A stretch of DNA of 64,000 nt from Flavobacteriaceae bacterium (GTDB lineage: Bacteria > Bacteroidota > Bacteroidia > Flavobacteriales > Flavobacteriaceae), in assembly GCA_046055745.1 (NCBI GenBank), contig JASFZG010000016.1, forward strand, positions 2,423-66,422. Direction: 5' to 3'. Below, piece after piece: positions 58,879 through 64,000 of this stretch (position 1 is its first letter; each line of letters opens with the position of its first letter). Made by a program: the position numbers and the translations under genes. The notes beneath the pieces were generated by a model. It did no database searches. It was not told the DNA's origin and worked only from the letters and a program-made list of their open reading frames with translations.

Positions 58879-59400
58879 ATGAAAAAACTAATATTAATTA
58901 TAGTCCTTGCAATAGGACTAAACGCAACAAGTCAAATCGAACTAGGATTATACCAAGACGTAAAGCTAGCAGTAACTAAAGACGATGCAGGAAACACGCC
59001 TTTTACAACTGATTTAGTCTTTACTGCTAAAATGTACAACGGTGGTACTAGAACCTATAATTGGACACACGAGATTTTCGTATATCCTTATTTAGAATAT
59101 GCAGATTTGAGCGGAGGTACTTATTTACGTTATGCAATGGGTTTAGGTTATACTTTTAGATTACCTTTAAATTTAGCTATAAGTACTTCATTCGATTTTG
59201 GTTTAATTAACAGACCCACCAAGAGCGTAACTACGTTCAGTAGTAATGGAATATTTGAAGTTTCTTATAAGATAACGCCAAGATTAAAAGTAAGTGCCTT
59301 AAACACAATTGCACAACGTAACGATTTAGATGTAATGTGGGGCGGTTCACATTGGACACATTCTTTTTATGGCGGTGTAACTTACTTAATTCAGAAATAA
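58879..59400 (+). CDS. small outer-membrane beta-barrel protein
   Basis: Signal peptide, alternating amphipathic strands, C-terminal YGGVTY beta-signal-like motif. Confidence 0.65.
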   Translation: MKKLILIIVLAIGLNATSQIELGLYQDVKLAVTKDDAGNTPFTTDLVFTAKMYNGGTRTYNWTHEIFVYPYLEYADLSGGTYLRYAMGLGYTFRLPLNLAISTSFDFGLINRPTKSVTTFSSNGIFEVSYKITPRLKVSALNTIAQRNDLDVMWGGSHWTHSFYGGVTYLIQK

Positions 59401-59741
59401 TGAAATATTATATAAACAAAACATCAAAAGAAATTATCGGGATTGAAAATATGCGAGAACTTATCACCCACCCAACAGAAAATTCCGAAAGGCTAGGATT
59501 TAAAGGATATTCGTATAAGGTAATTTACGATATGATTTGCCCTAACAGACTTTTAGGAAACGGAATAACTACTTTTTCTATTACTCATTCGTTTTTAACA
59601 GCTAATTACAAGCGTACAAATAAAAAAGTAGCCTTAACTACTTATCCTGAATTTAAACAATATAGACACGCTAATTTAATGGAAGAATCTAAAGTGTTAA
59701 AAATAGATTCTTTAAAAATATTACAAGCACAAACATTTTAA
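59400..59741 (+). CDS. hypothetical protein
   Basis: ATG overlaps the upstream stop codon. Confidence 0.5.
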   Translation: MKYYINKTSKEIIGIENMRELITHPTENSERLGFKGYSYKVIYDMICPNRLLGNGITTFSITHSFLTANYKRTNKKVALTTYPEFKQYRHANLMEESKVLKIDSLKILQAQTF

Positions 59742-59751
59742 ACCCAAAATT

Positions 59752-60333
59752 ATGAAAACACTAGAACAAATTATTGACAAATTAGAAAATAGTAATATTT
59801 CGATTGACAAGTATTCAGAAGATAATATTCTTTGCGGATATGAACTAAACACTTATACAGATTGCGGAGTGAATCAAATTGTATTTTTAGATTTTAGAAA
59901 TACAGGATTAATCCCTACAAATGCAGAAGATTTTTTAAAGGTTTATCAAGAAAGAATTGAAAGTATTGATATTGATGAAGAAATTGAACTCAACAGACAA
60001 GACACTAGTTATAAAGCAAATTTTAGCTTAACCGTAGCCTTTGAAGATTTTAAAGATTGGAAGGAAAACCTGCAAAATATATTTTCAAAACCAACAAAAA
60101 AAACACCTCAACAACGCCAATTTGAGCAAGTAAAAGATAAGTTTGGATCATTACTTGCAGAAATAGAAGAAACACTCAAATTAATGCCTCTAAAGGGCGA
60201 CAGACCCTCAGACTGCCAAAGAACAGGTTTACAAATACAGATAAATGAATTAGATAGTTTTGTAAACGGGATTGAATTAGAAGATTTTACACCAAACGAA
60301 TACAGCCAAGAGTGGCAACTATCATACTCATAA
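59752..60333 (+). CDS. hypothetical acidic protein
   Basis: ORF in early operon. Confidence 0.55.
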   Translation: MKTLEQIIDKLENSNISIDKYSEDNILCGYELNTYTDCGVNQIVFLDFRNTGLIPTNAEDFLKVYQERIESIDIDEEIELNRQDTSYKANFSLTVAFEDFKDWKENLQNIFSKPTKKTPQQRQFEQVKDKFGSLLAEIEETLKLMPLKGDRPSDCQRTGLQIQINELDSFVNGIELEDFTPNEYSQEWQLSYS

Positions 60334-60344
60334 AAAGCAAACAA

Positions 60345-60656
60345 ATGACAAAGCAAGAAATTAAAGAGATATACACATCTCACGATAGCGAAAAACTATT
60401 TACAGTACTAACAAATATGACTGTACGTAAAAAAAGAAAAAGGTTCGACACTTTCAACACTCCCGAACAGATAGACAATTCAATAGAAATGTTAGTTGAA
60501 GTTTTTAAAGAGCGAGGAATTGAATTTAAGAAAATCGGTATTAATAAAAAATGGGAAATCGCTGAATTTAACGAGCATCAAACATTTATTAAAATATACC
60601 CCATCGAGCCACTAACAAAAAAGAAAATAACCATCGAAGCAATCGGACAATATTAA
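60345..60656 (+). CDS. hypothetical protein
   Basis: ORF in early operon. Confidence 0.5.
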   Translation: MTKQEIKEIYTSHDSEKLFTVLTNMTVRKKRKRFDTFNTPEQIDNSIEMLVEVFKERGIEFKKIGINKKWEIAEFNEHQTFIKIYPIEPLTKKKITIEAIGQY

Positions 60657-60667
60657 AAACAGAAATT

Positions 60668-60907
60668 ATGAAAATTCAAAACATTCCAATAGAATTAATT
60701 TTTAAGGAATTAAAACTAAAAGAACACACGCTTTATAAAGTAAAAGTAAAATCTACTGAAAACAACGTGCCACATATAGCTTTTTTATTTACAGGGTTTA
60801 AGTCGGGAGGGTATTGTGAGATATATGTAAATAACTACGAACAACCAATGAAAATGCAGAGTGTATATTCAATAAAAATAATTAAAGAATTAACTAATAT
60901 AAAATAA
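60668..60907 (+). CDS. hypothetical protein
   Basis: ORF in early operon. Confidence 0.5.
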   Translation: MKIQNIPIELIFKELKLKEHTLYKVKVKSTENNVPHIAFLFTGFKSGGYCEIYVNNYEQPMKMQSVYSIKIIKELTNIK

Positions 60908-60912
60908 CAACG

Positions 60913-61755
60913 ATGAATAAAGAACCAAAATTAAACGAAAACGGGAAAGTAGTAGGACAAGACAAAGTTTTAAAAGAACTTGGAAATGTATTTAGAGTAT
61001 TCAAAACCTCTAATTGTGAAATACGCCCCCATTCATTCCTTACGGGTAGTAGCGGAACAGGAAAAACATTATTAATAAAAACCATTTGCGACTTTTTAAA
61101 ATTAGGTTTTATAGAACTTAACGGGGCTTCTTTAACTAAAGAAGGAACAAGCGGAAATTCTTTAAGTAAAGCTTTAAGCCCATTATTACAAATGGAAGGA
61201 AAACCAACCGTTGTTTTTGTAGATGAATTTGACAAACTATTTATTAGCGGAAATTCAAATTCAGATTTAGCTCACGAAAGCACAAACGGCGTACAAAACG
61301 AATTTTTAAAAGCACTAGAAAGTCCAACTACAAGTGTATTTCACGACTATGGAAAATACGTGCAAGCTCCAACAAGTAATTGCTTATTTATATTTGCAGG
61401 AGCTTTTAACGGACAGCAAGATATTACCATTGACGACCTTAGAGATTTTGGAATTAAAACTGAATTTATAGGACGGGTTGGATTATGTTTTAATACCGCC
61501 CAACTGTCTTTAGAACACCTTTACACAATTTTAGATCGTAGTCCTTTGCTTTTTGATTATTGCGAAATTTACGATGATGTTAAAAGGGAAGATGTAATAA
61601 AAGCTATTCGTCAAGTATTGACGGCAAACCACGAAATGAACACTTTGGGAGCAAGACAAATCAATACCCTTATCCACCAATATTTTATTAAAGGTGGGAA
61701 GCTTGAAGATAAGGGAGTAAAAGTCTCTTTTCAGAAAAAACTAACATTAAATTAA
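60913..61755 (+). CDS. ClpX-like AAA+ ATPase (minimal)
   Basis: VVGQD, GSSGTGKT, FVDEFDKL, VQNEFLKALE, LFIFAGAF, EFIGRV, LGARQI. Confidence 0.85.
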   Translation: MNKEPKLNENGKVVGQDKVLKELGNVFRVFKTSNCEIRPHSFLTGSSGTGKTLLIKTICDFLKLGFIELNGASLTKEGTSGNSLSKALSPLLQMEGKPTVVFVDEFDKLFISGNSNSDLAHESTNGVQNEFLKALESPTTSVFHDYGKYVQAPTSNCLFIFAGAFNGQQDITIDDLRDFGIKTEFIGRVGLCFNTAQLSLEHLYTILDRSPLLFDYCEIYDDVKREDVIKAIRQVLTANHEMNTLGARQINTLIHQYFIKGGKLEDKGVKVSFQKKLTLN

Positions 61756-61758
61756 GCT

Positions 61759-63885
61759 ATGTACTACATCATAACAAGTGCTAAAAAGAAAAAGGTATTA
61801 GCAACCAAAAATATAGGAGAGTGTTTTGAGTTTATTTATAAGCATAAGGACGCTAAAATCAGAAAACTCGACCACACAGCAAAGCCCCGAATTTTTGACC
61901 GAAGAGATTTTTTAACAAAATTTCTAAACGAAACAAAAGAGCAAGAGCAAACATTCCAATTAGCCGAAATAATGATTGGAGGAAAATCAAATTTTGACGC
62001 TTTTTTAAATTCAATCGGGAAAATGGCTGAATATATTTTATACAAAAAAATTACTGATAAAAATTTATAATTATGAAACATTTTTTATACGATTTACTGA
62101 GAGATAAGGAGCTTATGATAAATAACGCCGAAACCATTTACGGGAAACATAGCACTCAAAATAAAGTTATATCTTTAGAAGGATTCGCTACAGGATGGAC
62201 TTCTTTAAAACACTTTATTAAAACCGAGATTAAACGTATTGGTAAAAACAGACCAGTAGTAAAACACGCCCACACAAAAGGATGGTGGAAAGCCGTTAAT
62301 GCCATTGGGCGTAATTACAATATTGAAATTAATAAAACTGTTCTTATCATTGCACGACAATAGAGATAGTGTAATTGCAGACTTAACAGGCTTCAAATTA
62401 AGTCATGTGAATAGTGTAACTTCTAAACATTGTAAAGAACATTTTAAACCTATTCAATTAAGTAATTTTAACGGGAAAGACAAAAAACAATTATATTATG
62501 GAAGCACAAAAAAAGAGTGATTTAAAAGTAAAAAAACTGAACTATAAGTTTACACGAAAATCAAAAAGTCAAATAGACTGGCTTATTGACGAAGCCAAGA
62601 ATATTCATTACGCTTCATTCGACTTTTCAAATACAAATCCATTCAAAAAATGTATAAAGTAGAGAATACCGGCACGAATGAAATAATAAAATCTTATAAT
62701 ATTCTTGATATTTATAATCACGTTATTGAAAACCCGTCAGAGAACGTTCAGTTTTATATTGATTATAGACCGTATAGCAAATCAGATTTTACAAAATTAT
62801 TTCTACAAGAGTGTAAAGACTATAAAATGCACCTTAAATTTTATTACGCAATTTACAAACCAATGAAACTTATTGATTATGTCGAAACAAAATTATCCTA
62901 AAATGTCAAGATATGAGGGGAAAACCTTAATAGAACTTTTTGAAGATTTAAAACTGTTATTTGCCCATAATAATCTAACTTTTAAAGAAATACACCTCAA
63001 CACAAATGTTCCCGAAGAGTTATTACAAATATATTTTGGGAACGAAAAAAATGTAGTTAGTGATTTGTCAAAATTATTTGAATTTTCAAAAACAAGACTT
63101 AGATCACATCAAATGAATTTTGTTGTTTATCGTTTTTTTGACAACCAATCGCAGATAAAAATAGTAAGGATTATTGAGCCTAAAGCTTATATGTATTATG
63201 ATAGAGCTACGCAAAATTATTATAGATTTTCATTCAAAAGAAGAACCTTAGACACAAACACAGAAGCTAATAAAGAAATGATTATCAATGAAATGGACGA
63301 ACATTTACAAGATTATCTAAAAAATAAGCCATAATGTTTTGTAAATTACAATGTTCGTTGTATTTTTACAGTTGAATTAAATCAACCTCAAATGAAAGCA
63401 CCTTATTTTATTAAGAAATTAACCTTTCCTATATTCCCTTTAACATACGTTTTCATAGAGTATGATTATAGTAGAGCCGAAACTATATCTGATATGGTTG
63501 CGTTGTTTTACACTTGGGAAAGTACCGCAAAATCAATTAATAATCCAATAGCGAAAACAGCCTACGAAACAGCTTCAAAAAACATTTTTAGCGAAATAAC
63601 AGGTATCTCTTATAGCACTAAAAAATTTAAACAAATATAATGTCAAACACAGAAAAAAAACTAAAGGAAAGGGTAGATATAGCCCGAAAAGAACTCAATA
63701 ATTTAGGCGTAAAAAGCGCAAGATTGTATTTTACGATAAAATACACGGAATACAGACCTAAAGACAATAAAGATGTTCAGTCTATTAATAGACTTGACAA
63801 CCTTTGGTACGGAAAGACTACAAACGATTCTTTTACTGAAAAATTAGAATCTTTCGTGGTATTTAATAAAGTTCATTTTACTTAA
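61759..63885 (+). other. cluster of short hypothetical genes (61759, 62073, 62650, 62873, 63392, 63640)
   Basis: Co-oriented ORFs with no recognised motifs. Confidence 0.55.
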
Positions 63886-63894
63886 AAAAAACCT

Positions 63895-64000
63895 ATGAAA
63901 AAATTAGCAGAAGCACTTAATAGTGCTATGACAGAAATTAAAGGTCTTGAAAAAGACATGCAAGTTGGAAACACCAATTATGGAGGGTATAAAGGTATTT
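63895..64000 (+). CDS. probable ERF-family ssDNA-annealing protein, N-terminus (3' truncated)
   Basis: MKKLAEALNSAMTEIKGLEKDMQVGNTNYGGYKGI resembles ERF N-termini; only 35 aa are visible. Confidence 0.5.
   Translation, partial: MKKLAEALNSAMTEIKGLEKDMQVGNTNYGGYKGI

Noticed and set aside
56815-58880. AAGCCACGAA before two early genes as a phage-specific promoter
   Set aside because: Only two copies, both adjacent to start codons; too little support.
1-64000. Genome-wide stop-codon reassignment (TAG to Gln or TGA to Trp), as in some crAss-like phages
   Set aside because: Long genes are intact in code 11, several end properly at TAG, and there is no suppressor tRNA; the TGA anticodon at 51404-51484 is Ser.

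Overview
The window is about 64 kb of one AT-rich tailed-phage genome, probably most of it. The host is likely Bacteroidota (Flavobacteriia-like), given the many TAnnTTTG promoters, DUF3127 and A-rich translation starts without SD. The virion module resembles crAss-related podoviruses: scaffold, major capsid protein, ring proteins, muzzle/stabilisation protein, ejection proteins including a 2900-aa polyvalent protein, terminase, portal, tail fibres and an M15 endolysin. No RNA polymerase, DNA polymerase or integrase is visible; replication appears to use an initiator plus a DnaC-like loader. The main finding is a six-tRNA operon (Tyr, Trp, Phe, Ser-UGA, Cys, Ser-GCU) behind what looks like a complete ribosome-mediated attenuator. 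Its 17-codon leader peptide (MINTFLYSWLLCSFSTG) carries codons for every tRNA in the array, suggesting a sensor that expresses backup tRNAs only when host decoding fails. Other findings are a recurrent promoter-pseudoknot-terminator leader RNA, an integron-like cassette with an attC-like site, a tRNA-like RNA with an elongated anticodon arm, IS605/TnpB relics, probable recoding sites, a stripped-down ClpX and an acyl carrier protein. All calls come from reading the sequence and recalled family motifs; no searches or folding programs were run.
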